A stretch of DNA of 63,699 nucleotides, filler included, from 6 parts of 6 records of this genome joined end to end with filler, not necessarily neighbours in it; one strand, 5' to 3'. Shown: positions 1 to 10,706, numbered from the whole stretch's first letter. Numbers and translations are program-made. Notes: generated by a model not told the origin, from the letters alone.

Positions 1-897
1 AAGCGCCACATTGATCACGCTCATATCGGTTTGCATCAACAAATTTCGCGCCTTTTGAAGACGAAGCTCCATGTAATACCGCTTGGGGGATCGGTTCAGA
101 TAGCGGCGGAACAAACGCTCCAACTGGCGCGTGGACATACCGACATCTTTGGCCAAAATCGACGGGCTGATCGGTTCCTCGATGTTCTTTTCCATCATCT
201 GAATAACTTGGCTCAGCTTGGGATGGCGAACTCCAATACGGGTTGGTACCGACAAGCGTTGCGTATCCTGATCTGTGCGGATCGACGAATAGATCAACTG
301 ATCCGCGACGGCATTCGCTAGCTCTTCGCCGTGATCATTGGCAATGAGTTTGAGCATCAAGTCGATGGAAGACGTGCCACCTGCGGTCGTCATGCGATTG
401 CCATCGATCAAAAAGACAGATTTGGTCAGCTCAACCTCATCAAACTCTTCGATAAAGCTATCGGCGTTTTCCCAATGAATGGTCGCTTTCTTCCCATCCA
501 GTAGCCCGGCACGTGCCAGAACATAGGCGCCGGTACACAGGCCGCCAACCAGAATACCCTTGCGGGATTCACGACGAATCCACCCCATAAGCCGCTTGCT
601 CGTGGCTTGTTGCACGTTGATGCCACTGCACAGCAAGACCACATCATCGCGCAGCAGATCTCCAAGATCATCGTCCAGCCTGAAAGTCGTTCCAGCGGAA
701 CACGTTACGGCATCGCCACCTTCACCGACGAGTTTCCATTCATACAGCTCTTGATTGGCCATACGATTGGCGATCCTCAAACATTCGATTGCTGAGGCGA
801 ATGACAACATCGAAAAACTGTCCAAAAGGACAAAAATAAAGCGACGGGGCTTTTTGCTGTCGGTGTCCACAGTGACAACTTGACGTTGCTCTTGCAT
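1..897 (-). CDS. GlxA/GbdR-like AraC-family transcriptional regulator with DJ-1/PfpI amidase-like domain (3' truncated by window edge; absent from ORF track)
   Basis: Hand translation from ATG at 897: MQEQRQVV...FIFVLLDSFSMLSFASAIECLRIANR...GGLCTGAYVLARAGLLDGKKATIHWEN...TTAGGTSSIDL...MSTRQLERLFRRYLNRSPKRYYMELRLQKARNLL; open to position 1. Confidence 0.9.
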   Translation of the reverse strand, partial: MQEQRQVVTVDTDSKKPRRFIFVLLDSFSMLSFASAIECLRIANRMANQELYEWKLVGEGGDAVTCSAGTTFRLDDDLGDLLRDDVVLLCSGINVQQATSKRLMGWIRRESRKGILVGGLCTGAYVLARAGLLDGKKATIHWENADSFIEEFDEVELTKSVFLIDGNRMTTAGGTSSIDLMLKLIANDHGEELANAVADQLIYSSIRTDQDTQRLSVPTRIGVRHPKLSQVIQMMEKNIEEPISPSILAKDVGMSTRQLERLFRRYLNRSPKRYYMELRLQKARNLLMQTDMSVINVAL

Positions 898-1065
898 GGC
901 GCGTGTCCTTTTTTACGCTACGTCAGGGGTGGGTGTGTTCGCTGACGTGAAGAGTAGCATGATCAGAGCATTATTACGACGTCAAGAGCTGCAAAACGCA
1001 TATGGCCTCTGGTTTCGGGATTTTGTATAGAGAGCCACTGACATCCTTCAGCGGAGAAGAGAGCA

Positions 1066-2436
1066 ATGAGTGAGTGGCAAAAATCGAACTGGCGCGCGAA
1101 ACCGCGGGTTCAGATGCCCGACTATACCGATCAGGCAGCCTTAACTGCGGTTGAGGGCCAGCTTTCTAATTATCCGCCGCTGGTGTTTGCAGGTGAGGCC
1201 CGTCGTCTAAAGCAGCATCTCGCTGCCGCCGGACGTGGTGAGGCCTTTCTGCTGCAGGGCGGGGATTGTGCCGAAAGCTTTGAACAATTCAGTGCAGACG
1301 CGATTCGAGATACCTTTAAGGTTATGCTGCAAATGGCGATGGTCTTGACCTATGGTGCCAAGGTGCCCGTGGTTAAAGTCGGACGTATGGCCGGGCAATT
1401 TGCCAAACCGCGCAGCGCCCCAACCGAGGTGATCGATGGGTTGGAACTGCCCAGCTACCGTGGTGATATCATCAACGAGCTGGCCTTTACCCCCGAAGCG
1501 CGCCTTCCTGATCCGAAAAAGATGCTGCAAGCTTACACCCAAGCGGCGGCTACTTTGAACTTGTTGCGCGCGTTTTCGACAGGTGGTTATGCGGACGTAA
1601 ACCAAGTGCACCAGTGGACACTTGGTTTTACCGAAAGCGAAAAGGCCGAAGCCTACCGCGAAGTTGCAAACCGGATCACCGACACGCTTGATTTTATGCG
1701 TGCCGCCGGTGTGACACAGGAAACCGCGCATACGCTGCAATCGGTTGAGTTCTACACCAGCCATGAAAGCCTGTTGCTTGAATATGAAGAGGCGTTGACC
1801 CGCCTTGACTCTACCAGCGGCAATTGGCTGGCAGGCTCCGGTCACATGATCTGGATCGGGGACCGGACGCGTCAACCTGATGGTGCCCATGTTGAATTCT
1901 GTCGTGGTGTTTTGAACCCGATCGGCCTGAAAACCGGTCCGTCGACCACAGCCGAAGACCTGAAGGTTCTGATGGCCAAGTTGAACCCAACGAACGAAGA
2001 AGGTCGCTTGACCCTGATCGCACGTTTTGGGGCCGGCAATGTCGGTGAGCATCTGCCACGTCTGATCAAGGCCGTTCAGGAAGAAGGGGCGAACGTCACT
2101 TGGGTTTGTGATCCAATGCACGGCAACACGATCAAATCCTCAACGGGCTATAAAACACGCCCGTTCGACTCTGTATTGCGTGAAGTGCGCGAATTCTTTG
2201 GCGTTCATTCCGCCGAAGGCACAATACCTGGCGGTGTCCATTTTGAAATGACCGGTCAGGACGTAACGGAGTGCACAGGCGGTGTTCGTGCCGTAACCGA
2301 GGACTCGCTTAGTGATCGCTACCATACCGCATGTGATCCGCGCTTGAACGCAAACCAATCGCTTGAACTTGCGTTCCTGGTCGCCGAAGAGCTGTCGCAG
2401 CTGCGCCAAGACCGGATCAAACGCCAAGCGGGCTGA
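1066..2436 (+). CDS. Class II 3-deoxy-D-arabino-heptulosonate 7-phosphate (DAHP) synthase
   Basis: Motifs [59 protein letters not shown]. Confidence 0.96.
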   Translation: MSEWQKSNWRAKPRVQMPDYTDQAALTAVEGQLSNYPPLVFAGEARRLKQHLAAAGRGEAFLLQGGDCAESFEQFSADAIRDTFKVMLQMAMVLTYGAKVPVVKVGRMAGQFAKPRSAPTEVIDGLELPSYRGDIINELAFTPEARLPDPKKMLQAYTQAAATLNLLRAFSTGGYADVNQVHQWTLGFTESEKAEAYREVANRITDTLDFMRAAGVTQETAHTLQSVEFYTSHESLLLEYEEALTRLDSTSGNWLAGSGHMIWIGDRTRQPDGAHVEFCRGVLNPIGLKTGPSTTAEDLKVLMAKLNPTNEEGRLTLIARFGAGNVGEHLPRLIKAVQEEGANVTWVCDPMHGNTIKSSTGYKTRPFDSVLREVREFFGVHSAEGTIPGGVHFEMTGQDVTECTGGVRAVTEDSLSDRYHTACDPRLNANQSLELAFLVAEELSQLRQDRIKRQAG

Positions 2437-2451
2437 TCACGGCACGGCACC

Positions 2452-2492
2452 AAAAAGAAAGGCCCAGAGATTTTAGTCTCGGGGCCTTTTTT
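2452..2492. terminator. Bidirectional Rho-independent terminator between convergent genes
   Basis: AAAGGCCCAGAGA-TTTTAG-TCTCGGGGCCTTT hairpin flanked by an A-run and a T-run. Confidence 0.8.
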
Positions 2493-2531
2493 GTTGTGGA
2501 AATGCGATAGCAAAGCCTGAGCCACTGCTGG

Positions 2532-3230
2532 TTAAGGGTCGTTGCTGGCAACCAAATTAAGATGACCACACATCCCGTGTGCGGGCTTTTTCACCGTATT
2601 GCGGTCTATAGTCTCTGGGCTTTGGGCAGGTCGTTCTTGCGCCCCCGGAGCCCCTGAGAGCGCCCGTAGCTCTGATCCCTCGATATCAAAGCGGATCGTC
2701 CCTTTGCCGGGGGTGCCATCTGCGACCAAAACACCCAACACGCGGCTGACATCCCCAAAATCACTTTTGAGAGGCAACAAAAGCATACGGGCTTCGAACG
2801 CAGCTCGACCAAATTTCTTTTCTCGGGACAGGCGCAGCTCAGCGACTGCAGGGGTGTCAAAGATATGTTCAAGCGTTGCCGAAATTTCAGCACGCGATTG
2901 CAGACTAAAGAAAGAGGTCAAAGGCATGCCGCGCACCTCCATACCTGCAACTTCATTCAGGTGATTGCCGGCCAACCGAAAACGGGCGATCCCGGGTGCG
3001 ATCCGTTCCAGAATGAACGAATACTCTAGAATGTTCTCAAGGCCACGCGGGTCGATGTCAGAGCGGAACGGAACACCACCTTGAGATTTCTCTGCCCGTA
3101 AGGCTGTCCAATACGCTTCGGCTTGACGGATTGGCGACAGGCTGGGACCAGCGCGAAATCCATCCATCGAGACAACATTATCTGACAGGGTTTTAGAAAC
3201 GTTGCTAAAAAAGGTCCTCATGTCACACAC
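2532..3230 (-). CDS. PAS_5/DUF1457-type PAS domain protein
   Basis: EAYWTALR...VPFRSDIDPRGLENILEYSFILERIAPGIARFRLAG...RMLLLPL; start codon uncertain. Confidence 0.8.
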   Translation of the reverse strand: MCDMRTFFSNVSKTLSDNVVSMDGFRAGPSLSPIRQAEAYWTALRAEKSQGGVPFRSDIDPRGLENILEYSFILERIAPGIARFRLAGNHLNEVAGMEVRGMPLTSFFSLQSRAEISATLEHIFDTPAVAELRLSREKKFGRAAFEARMLLLPLKSDFGDVSRVLGVLVADGTPGKGTIRFDIEGSELRALSGAPGAQERPAQSPETIDRNTVKKPAHGMCGHLNLVASNDP

Positions 3231-3338
3231 CCTTGCTTCCCTCGCAATCAGCTTCTCGTCGGGTCAGCATCGCGATAATTAATACAGGTTACTCAATCGT
3301 TAATCTGTCACGGATTGACTTAATTTTGGAGTAAATCT

Positions 3339-3353
3339 TTAACGAATGGTTAA
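3339..3353. promoter_or_regulatory. CtrA binding site (TTAA-N7-TTAA)
   Basis: TTAAcgaatggTTAA is an exact consensus match in the AT-rich divergent intergenic region; near-match TTAAttttggaGTAA at 3320-3334. Confidence 0.7.
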
Positions 3354-3463
3354 TAGCTTAAAATTGTAGCTGGTTTGGGCGGGGGCTTGCTCTGCGGGGC
3401 TCTATGGCATTAGGTGCTCAAACTCTATCACCCCTCTGAAACAAAACCACGGAGCATGCTGGA

Positions 3464-4354
3464 ATGATTAAATCGATGACTGGCTTTGCCTCGGCCAAGG
3501 GGGAGCTCCAACCACACAGTTGGAGTTGGGAACTGCGCAGCGTGAATTCCAAAGGGTTGGATCTGCGTATTCGTGTCCCCGATTGGCTCGAAGGGCTCGA
3601 AGCCCATTTGCGCTCAGTTCTCAGCAAAGCGGTGTCACGCGGCAGCGTCACCTTATCCCTGCGTTTGTCGCGCGGGGATGATGCGGGCGTGATGACGCTC
3701 AATCCGGGCGTGCTGGATACCGTTCTAAGCGCCTTATCTGAGATCGAACAGCAAGCAATGGATCGCGGGGTGACTCTGGCGCCGTCCAAAGCATCCGATT
3801 TGCTCGCGGTCCGTGGTATGATGGATGCAAACGTGGGGGCGGATGATCCAGCACCTTTGGTTGCACAGATCAAAACGGAATTCGCCCCGCTAGTAGAGGC
3901 ATTTTTGCAAATGCGTGCAGCCGAAGGATTCGCCCTGTTGGACATTCTTTCGCGTCAATTGGATCAGGTGGAGCAATTCACCGCAACCGCCGAGGCCCTT
4001 GCTCTTAAGCGGCGTGAAACCATGGCAGAAGCCCTGCAAACCAACCTTGCACGTGTGTTAGACAATACTGATGGCGCCGATCCTGACAGGGTGGCACAAG
4101 AGCTGGCGCTGTTAGTGGTCAAAGCTGACGTCACCGAAGAAATTGATCGTTTGAATGCCCACATCGCCACCGCGCGGGATTTGTTGGCACAAGACGGGGC
4201 AGTGGGGCGTAAGCTTGATTTCTTGATGCAGGAATTCAATCGCGAAGCAAACACGCTATGCTCCAAATCGCAAAATGCGGATCTGACGGCTGTTGGTCTT
4301 GAGCTAAAGGCCGTTATCGATCAAATGCGTGAGCAAGTTCAAAACGTAGAATAA
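3464..4354 (+). CDS. yicC: YicC/YloC family endoribonuclease
   Basis: [10 protein letters not shown]-terminus; [31 protein letters not shown]-terminus; lies upstream of gmk. Confidence 0.93.
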   Translation: MIKSMTGFASAKGELQPHSWSWELRSVNSKGLDLRIRVPDWLEGLEAHLRSVLSKAVSRGSVTLSLRLSRGDDAGVMTLNPGVLDTVLSALSEIEQQAMDRGVTLAPSKASDLLAVRGMMDANVGADDPAPLVAQIKTEFAPLVEAFLQMRAAEGFALLDILSRQLDQVEQFTATAEALALKRRETMAEALQTNLARVLDNTDGADPDRVAQELALLVVKADVTEEIDRLNAHIATARDLLAQDGAVGRKLDFLMQEFNREANTLCSKSQNADLTAVGLELKAVIDQMREQVQNVE

Positions 4355-4373
4355 TGACAGGAAACTGTACGAA

Positions 4374-5015
4374 ATGTCTGACCGCCGTGGCCTCTTGATC
4401 ATTTTATCCTCCCCATCGGGGGCGGGGAAATCAACTTTGGCAAACCGCCTCAGGACTTGGGACGAGGGGTTGAAGTTTTCTGTTTCGGCCACCACCCGAG
4501 AGCCGCGACCCGGCGAAGAGCACGGGCGCGAGTATTATTTCATGCCCGAAGATAGCTTTCGTCAGCAGGTCACCGAGGGCGAGATGCTGGAACACGCGCA
4601 TGTGTTCGGCAATTTCTACGGCTCACCCGCCGGGCCTGTTCGTGAGACAATCGAATCCGGTCGTGATGTGTTGTTTGATGTCGATTGGCAGGGGGAAATC
4701 CAGATCCGGAATTCAGATTTGGGTAAACATGCTTTGTCGATCTTTATCTTGCCGCCCTCCATCCGGGAATTGCGACGCCGGCTGGAAACCCGTGGACAAG
4801 ACAGCGTGGACACTATCTCTAAGCGGATGTTGAAAAGCTGGGATGAGATCAGCCACTGGGGCTATTACGACTATGTTCTGATCAACGACGATCTGGATCA
4901 GACCGAAGATAAGCTCAGAACGATCATTAGCGCAGAGCGCATGCGCCGGATTCAGCAGCCCAACCTGCAGGCGCACGTTCGTACATTGCAATCTGAATTT
5001 GAGGATATGTCATGA
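4374..5015 (+). CDS. gmk: Guanylate kinase
   Basis: P-loop [39 protein letters not shown]. Confidence 0.96.
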   Translation: MSDRRGLLIILSSPSGAGKSTLANRLRTWDEGLKFSVSATTREPRPGEEHGREYYFMPEDSFRQQVTEGEMLEHAHVFGNFYGSPAGPVRETIESGRDVLFDVDWQGEIQIRNSDLGKHALSIFILPPSIRELRRRLETRGQDSVDTISKRMLKSWDEISHWGYYDYVLINDDLDQTEDKLRTIISAERMRRIQQPNLQAHVRTLQSEFEDMS

Positions 5016-5536
5016 CCCTTTTTGCTTTGAATGGCCATGCGCCACAAATTCACGAAGACACATGGGTGGCGCCAGATGCCAACCTAGTTGGCAAGGTGGT
5101 GATGGAGGCCGGGTCTTCGGTCTGGTTCGGATGCACCATTCGTGCGGATCACGAAGAAATCCGTGTGGGCGAGGGCAGCAATGTTCAGGAAAACTGTGTC
5201 ATGCATATCGATGCAGGGTATCCGCTGACCATCGGTAAGAATTGCACCATCGGGCACAAAGTCATGCTGCATGGGTGCACCATCGGTGACAATTCCCTTG
5301 TTGGGATGGGGGCTACGATCCTGAACGGGGCCAAAATCGGCAAGAACTGCCTGATTGGGGCCGGTGCCTTGGTCACAGAAAACAAAGAGATCCCAGACAA
5401 TTCGTTGGTAATGGGCTCACCAGGCAAAGTTGTACGTCAGGTGGATGAAGCGAATGCGCAACGTATCACCATGGGAGCGCTGCATTACCAAGAGAACATG
5501 CGGAAATTTCGGGATACTTTGACCAAGGTGGATTGA
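5012..5536 (+). CDS. Gamma carbonic anhydrase family protein (YrdA/PaaY-like)
   Basis: Hexapeptide repeats; [26 protein letters not shown] overlap with gmk. Confidence 0.92.
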   Translation: MTLFALNGHAPQIHEDTWVAPDANLVGKVVMEAGSSVWFGCTIRADHEEIRVGEGSNVQENCVMHIDAGYPLTIGKNCTIGHKVMLHGCTIGDNSLVGMGATILNGAKIGKNCLIGAGALVTENKEIPDNSLVMGSPGKVVRQVDEANAQRITMGALHYQENMRKFRDTLTKVD

Positions 5537-5675
5537 ACACCCGCTCGACCTTGGCCGAGTGCGATGCCCGTTCTTGAGTTTCTTATAAATGATGCTGCGC
5601 GCTTGGTAGTGCAGCATCATTTTTACATTCCTGCCGTAGCAAGGCCGACAATCGATACAACCTGAGGCCCCTGTG

Positions 5676-6722
5676 ATGTCTAACGATCTCAACTCTGCAT
5701 TCTTGGCAGCCACGCCGTTACCCGCTTTGTTGGTGGATCAGTCAGAGCGGATCATTGCTGCAAATGCTGATGCGCTTGCGTTACTTGGCCAACAGATTTC
5801 GGGGCGTCACTTCGCGACCATTCTGCGTCAACCCTTGGTTATTGATGCAATCGAAGCGAGCCTGCGGTCCAAGGCCCCGCGTGAAACGCGCCACCTCTCC
5901 AACGATGGTGCGCGCGATACCACCTATGTGGTTCATTGCCGGTATGTGAATGGCATCGGTGCGGTGCAAGGGGGGGCTGTTATGGTCACGTTTATGGACG
6001 TGACTCATCTTGAGCAGGCCGAACAAATGCGCCGAGATTTTATCGCCAATGTCAGTCACGAGTTGCGAACACCGTTGACGGCCTTGATGGGATTTATCGA
6101 GACGCTACGCGGACCCGCCCGCGAAGATGCACTGGCACGCGATCGGTTTCTGAAAATCATGGATGACGAATCCAACCGGATGAACCGTTTGGTTGGGGAT
6201 CTACTGTCCCTGAACCGTGTCGAAAGCGAAGAACGGGTACGACCAAAGGAAGAAGTCGATCTAACCGCCCAGCTTGAATCGACGTTGAACTCTATTCGTC
6301 CACTTGCCGAGTCTGCCAATGTGGACCTGAGTTTGAACGCATCTGACGACCCGATGATCGTGGCTGGGGATCCGGATCAATTGCAGCAAGTGTTCACTAA
6401 CCTCATCGAAAACGCCATAAAGTATGGCGGTAGCGGCGGTGTTGTGGATGTGACGCTGACGCAGGTCGAACGTGATCCCGCGATCCGGGCGCCAGCTATC
6501 CATATCCAAATCGCCGACAAGGGGCCCGGAATCGATTCCGTTCATCTGCCTCGTTTAACTGAGCGATTTTATAGGGGTGACAATCACCGCTCCCGTGAAT
6601 TGGGCGGAACGGGCCTTGGACTGGCGATTGTGAAACATATCATTAACCGTCATCGCGGTCGACTGCGGATTGAAAGTGAATTGGGGCAAGGAACTGTTTT
6701 TACAGTTATTTTACCCCGATGA
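5676..6722 (+). CDS. phoR: Phosphate regulon sensor histidine kinase (soluble PAS-HisKA-HATPase)
   Basis: RRDFIANVSHELRTPLT H-box, NLIENAIKY, RLTERFYR, GGTGLGLAIVKHI; directly upstream of pstS. Confidence 0.88.
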   Translation: MSNDLNSAFLAATPLPALLVDQSERIIAANADALALLGQQISGRHFATILRQPLVIDAIEASLRSKAPRETRHLSNDGARDTTYVVHCRYVNGIGAVQGGAVMVTFMDVTHLEQAEQMRRDFIANVSHELRTPLTALMGFIETLRGPAREDALARDRFLKIMDDESNRMNRLVGDLLSLNRVESEERVRPKEEVDLTAQLESTLNSIRPLAESANVDLSLNASDDPMIVAGDPDQLQQVFTNLIENAIKYGGSGGVVDVTLTQVERDPAIRAPAIHIQIADKGPGIDSVHLPRLTERFYRGDNHRSRELGGTGLGLAIVKHIINRHRGRLRIESELGQGTVFTVILPR

Positions 6723-6806
6723 ACGCTTTTGAAAGCTCTATATTTCGAGGCGATATGCCAATGATGCATGGCTCCTATTTATACCGAGGATCACATTTTT
6801 CGGTCG

Positions 6807-6835
6807 TTGTCATGAAGCTGTTACATAGCTGTCAC
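6807..6835 (+). promoter_or_regulatory. Pho box array (PhoB sites)
   Basis: TTGTCAT (6807), CTGTTAC (6818) and CTGTCAC (6829) at exact 11-bp periodicity upstream of pstS. Confidence 0.8.
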
Positions 6836-6920
6836 AAAAGCCACATGCAGATCTTCTAATCCTCGCCCCAAGGTCATCATGGGGATGACCAAATACATTC
6901 ACTGACCCAAGGAGACTTAG

Positions 6921-7241
6921 ATGTCCTTTGTGAAACTCACGGCCTCTGCTCTGGCCATCGCTGCCGTTTCTGCCACTGCTGCATCTGCGCGTGATCAGGT
7001 TCAGGTTGCAGGTTCTTCGACCGTTCTACCTTATGCATCGATCGTTGCCGAAGCGTTTGGCGAAAACTTTGACTTCCCAACACCTGTTGTTGAATCGGGC
7101 GGTTCTTCGGCTGGCCTGAAGCGGTTTTGCGAAGGCGTTGGCGAAAGCACAATCGACGTTGCAAACGCATCGCGTAAGATCAAAGAAAAAGAGATCAAGA
7201 AATGCGCTGAAAATGGTGTGACCGACATCATCGAAGTGCGC
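6921..7241 (+). CDS. pstS: Phosphate ABC transporter substrate-binding protein (truncated at contig end)
   Basis: Signal peptide, then RDQVQVAGSSTVLPY, VESGGSSAGLKRFCEG, DVANASRKIK; GGAG RBS. Confidence 0.9.
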
Positions 7242-7341
7242 NNNNNNNNNNNNNNNNNNNNNNNNNNNNNNNNNNNNNNNNNNNNTTAATTAATTAANNN
7301 NNNNNNNNNNNNNNNNNNNNNNNNNNNNNNNNNNNNNNNNN
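7242..7341. other. Artificial contig spacer
   Basis: N-run + TTAATTAATTAA (stops in all frames) + N-run; same structure at all five junctions. Confidence 0.98.
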
Positions 7342-7713
7342 ATGCGCCAGCCGGTCGATATCGGGGTTGCGGATCGGGTCCTCCAGCAGCGCCGCATCGG
7401 GCAGCCGACAGATCCCCACCATCGCCGCATCGTTGAAGTAACCGAACGCCTTGAGGTGATTGGCCCGTTCAACCGGATCGACGGGAATATCGGAGGGCAC
7501 AGGGTTCACCATGCCGTCGCGGATCGCATCCAGCATCGCCTGATAGTCGCGCATCGCGTTCACGATGCTTTCGGGCGCGTCTGGGCGGTTGAAACTGACG
7601 GCACGCATGGCCGGGACCGCCGTCAGGTCTGCCCCGTCCTGCCGCGTCAGCCGTTCCAGCGGGAAAGGCCCCAGATGGACGGGTCGATTGCGGTCGGAAA
7701 AGAGGCGGGTCAT
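7342..7713 (-). CDS. N-terminal part of a catabolic (aerobic, NpRdhA/BhbA-type) reductive dehalogenase-like protein, truncated
   Basis: MTRLFSDRNRPVHLGPFPLERL...DPVERANHLKAFGYFNDAAMVGICRL resembles the N-terminus of NpRdhA-type enzymes; no Tat signal; Fe-S motifs would lie beyond the contig end. Confidence 0.72.
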
Positions 7714-7785
7714 TGGCGGTCCCGGTATCCCGTGAGTTGAGAACTCTTGATTAGCCGATGCGCGTACGCCTATTCTGTCACCCGA

Positions 7786-8556
7786 ATGAGTGACGTTTCA
7801 AAACCTTTCCCCCTGCCCCGCGATCCGGTGGCGGCTTTGGTTGCCGCCTTGCCCACGGACGGGTTTGGCGCGGCCTTGCTGGCCCATATCCGCACCGCCG
7901 CCGAGATCGCCAATTTCGGGGCTTTTCTTGTCCCCGACCTGAACGACCCGCGTCCGGTGCTGTCGGTCTGGTCCGGTCGGATGAGCGACTATTGGTTTAA
8001 CGTGAATGCGCGCCGAATAACCTCTCATGACGCGCTGCGCCGAGATTTCGTTGACCGCATCCTGCGCGCGCCACCCGGCGGGCTGGTCATTGACCGTTGG
8101 TATCCGCCCGCCGATGATCCCCGCGCCCCGATCTATGCCCGCGACGAAGTGATCGAGCGGGTCTCGGTCGCTTCGCGGGCCGGGCGCGGCGGCTTCGTGT
8201 CATTTTACCTGCGTGGCAAGCAGACCGGCTGGCTGACCGCACCCGAGATGGACCGGCTGCGCGCGGTCCTGCCACTGGCGCATGAGCTGATCGGCTTGCG
8301 GCATCGGCTGGTGGGCGCGTCGGGGGCAACCGCAACGGGTCTGCGAGACAGGGCGGTGGAGCCGTTCACTTCGCTGAGCCCACGCGAGGCAGAGGTCTGC
8401 GACCACGCGATCCGGGGGATCAGCGTGGCCGGAACGGCACTGGAACTGGGCATATCGGAGAATTCTGTCCGCACCCTGCGCAAACGGGCATGGCGCAAGC
8501 TTGGCGTGGGGTCCGCCACGGCACTTGCCGCGCTGGTCCTGTCCGACAGGGGGTAA
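7786..8556 (+). CDS. LuxR-type HTH transcriptional regulator (non-AHL sensor domain)
   Basis: C-terminal LSPREAEVCDHAIRGISVAGTALELGISENSVRTLRKRAWRKLGV; ATG at 7786 preferred over TTG at 7747. Confidence 0.85.
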   Translation: MSDVSKPFPLPRDPVAALVAALPTDGFGAALLAHIRTAAEIANFGAFLVPDLNDPRPVLSVWSGRMSDYWFNVNARRITSHDALRRDFVDRILRAPPGGLVIDRWYPPADDPRAPIYARDEVIERVSVASRAGRGGFVSFYLRGKQTGWLTAPEMDRLRAVLPLAHELIGLRHRLVGASGATATGLRDRAVEPFTSLSPREAEVCDHAIRGISVAGTALELGISENSVRTLRKRAWRKLGVGSATALAALVLSDRG

Positions 8557-8618
8557 TGCCCCCCTTCCCGCCTCAGCCATTTCGTGGAAACATCCCCGCC
8601 AACAGCGGGAGAGACAGC

Positions 8619-9359
8619 ATGAGACTTGAAGGCAAGACAGCCATCGTGACCGGCGCGGGATCGGGCTTTGGCGCAGGCATCGCCCGGCGCTTTGCGGCGG
8701 AAGGGGCCAGTGTGATGGTGGTGGACCTGAACGCCGAAGCGGCAAAGGCCGTGGCAGCTGAAATCGGCGGCATCGCGCAGGTCACGGATGTAGCCAATGG
8801 CGACAGTGTGAAAGACATGGCAAAGGCGGCGCTGAGCGCTTGGGGGCGGATCGATATCCTTGTGAACAACGCCGGGATCACCCATCTGCCAAAGCCGCTG
8901 GAAACCGTGACCGAAGACGAATTTGACCGGGTTCTGGCGGTGAACGCCAAGTCGGTCTACCTGGCCGCGCGCGAAATCGTACCGCACATGAAGGATGCAG
9001 GAACCGGGGCCATTATCAACATCGCTTCGACCGCCGGGGTCAGCCCACGCCCGAACCTCAACTGGTACAACGCCTCCAAGGGCTGGATGATCACCGCAAC
9101 CAAGGCTATGGCGGTGGAACTGGCCCCCTTCGGCATAAGGGTGAACGCGGTCAATCCAGTGGCTGGCGAAACGCCCCTGCTGAAAAGCTTCATGGGGGAG
9201 GATACGCCGGAAATACGCGCCAAGTTCATCTCGACCATCCCGATCGGGCGCTTTTCCACGCCAGAGGATATCGCCAATGCGACGCTTTACTTCGCCTCGG
9301 ACGAGGCCAGCATGGTGACCGGCGTGGCGATGGAAGTGGACGGGGGCCGCTGTATATGA
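8619..9359 (+). CDS. Short-chain dehydrogenase/reductase (FabG-like)
   Basis: TGAGSGFG, NNAG, YNASK catalytic motif; GGGAGAG RBS before ATG at 8619. Confidence 0.93.
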   Translation: MRLEGKTAIVTGAGSGFGAGIARRFAAEGASVMVVDLNAEAAKAVAAEIGGIAQVTDVANGDSVKDMAKAALSAWGRIDILVNNAGITHLPKPLETVTEDEFDRVLAVNAKSVYLAAREIVPHMKDAGTGAIINIASTAGVSPRPNLNWYNASKGWMITATKAMAVELAPFGIRVNAVNPVAGETPLLKSFMGEDTPEIRAKFISTIPIGRFSTPEDIANATLYFASDEASMVTGVAMEVDGGRCI

Positions 9360-9709
9360 GCCGGGTCAACCTGGCTGAAAAGCTGTCCCTGTTCAGCACT
9401 CACTGGGATCCCCATGTGGTGGCTGACTATAACGGCAATGACGTGATGGTGGTGAAGTTCGCGGGCACGTTTCCGTTTCACCATCACCCTGACACCGATG
9501 ATTTCTTCCTTGTGCTGGAGGGTGAGATGATCATGGATATCGAGGGGCAGGCCCCGGAAGTGGTGTGCGCTGGTGAATTGTACATCGTGCCAAAGGGCGT
9601 CACGCATCGCCCAAGGGCCGAAGCGGAATGCAAGGTTCTGCTGATCGAACCCAAGGGCGTGCCCAATACCGGCGACCCGGCCACAGCCGCCGCCAAACCG
9701 AGGATCTGA
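9356..9709 (+). CDS. Cupin domain protein
   Basis: FPFHHHPDTDDFFLVLEG and VPKGVTHRP cupin motifs; ATGA overlap with the SDR. Confidence 0.9.
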   Translation: MSRVNLAEKLSLFSTHWDPHVVADYNGNDVMVVKFAGTFPFHHHPDTDDFFLVLEGEMIMDIEGQAPEVVCAGELYIVPKGVTHRPRAEAECKVLLIEPKGVPNTGDPATAAAKPRI

Positions 9710-9713
9710 GCCA

Positions 9714-10706
9714 ATGATGCGTCCCGGCCCACGAAACCTGATCACCGATGTGCCCGGCCTGCGGGTTGGCAATGCCGAAGATCACCATGTGAAGACCGGA
9801 GCGACGGTCCTTTTGGGCGACCGGCCCTTTACGGCCGCTGTTCATGTGATGGGCGGTGCGCCGGGCACGCGGGAAACCGACCTTTTGGCCCCTGACAAGA
9901 CGGTGCAGGAGGTCGATGCGCTGGTGTTGTCGGGCGGATCGGCCTTCGGGCTGGATGCGGCCTCGGGCGCGGCGGATTGGCTGCGCGGTCAGGGGCGGGG
10001 GTTTGCCGTGGGCGACCAACTGGTGCCGATTGTGCCGGGTGCCATCGTCTTCGACCTGATGAATGGCGGTGACAAGCGTTGGTCCCAGAACCCATACAAG
10101 CAGCTTGGACAGTTGGCTGCGGCGAATGCAGGCGAAGAGTTCGCCCTTGGCACAGCCGGGGCCGGAACCGGGGCGATCATTGCGGACCTGAAAGGCGGGC
10201 TTGGCTCGGCCTCGGTCGTGCTGGCATCGGGGCACGTGGTCGGGGCTTTGGTCGTGGTCAATGCGCTTGGTCAGGTCACAGTCGGTGATGGCGGTCAGTT
10301 CTGGGCCGCCCCCTTTGAAATGGATGCGGAATTTGGCGGGCGCGGCCCGGCCCCCGGTTTCGACGCCAGCCAGCCACCGCGCCACAAGGGTGGGCCGGGG
10401 CAGGCCACCACGATCGCGATTGTTGCCACCGACGCGGCACTGACACAGGCGCAGGCCACACGCATGGCCACCGCCGCCCATGACGGCATGGCCCGCGCGA
10501 TCTATCCCAGCCACACGCCAATGGACGGCGACCTGGTTTTCGCCGCTGCAACGGGTGGTAAACCACTGACCGATCCGGTCTGGGATGCGCTCCATCTGGG
10601 CCACGCGGCGGCGCTGTGCCTGTCGCGTGCCATAGCCCGTGGGGTCTACGAGGCGACGCCCGCCGACGGCGATCCGCTGCCCACATGGCAACAGACATTC
10701 GGCTGA
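9714..10706 (+). CDS. P1/S58 family peptidase (DmpA/ArgJ-like)
   Basis: ITDVPGLRVG, GGAPGTRETDLL, LSGGSAFGL, ATTIAIVATD, HTPMDGD. Confidence 0.92.
   Translation: MMRPGPRNLITDVPGLRVGNAEDHHVKTGATVLLGDRPFTAAVHVMGGAPGTRETDLLAPDKTVQEVDALVLSGGSAFGLDAASGAADWLRGQGRGFAVGDQLVPIVPGAIVFDLMNGGDKRWSQNPYKQLGQLAAANAGEEFALGTAGAGTGAIIADLKGGLGSASVVLASGHVVGALVVVNALGQVTVGDGGQFWAAPFEMDAEFGGRGPAPGFDASQPPRHKGGPGQATTIAIVATDAALTQAQATRMATAAHDGMARAIYPSHTPMDGDLVFAAATGGKPLTDPVWDALHLGHAAALCLSRAIARGVYEATPADGDPLPTWQQTFG

Noticed and set aside
31-795. Short ORFs listed over positions 31-795
   Set aside because: Explained as shadows of the minus-strand GlxA-family regulator (1-897) that the track missed.
7286-7297. TTAATTAATTAA recurring five times as a possible biological repeat or att site
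   Set aside because: Always centred in fixed-length N-runs; it is a contig-joining linker with stops in all frames.
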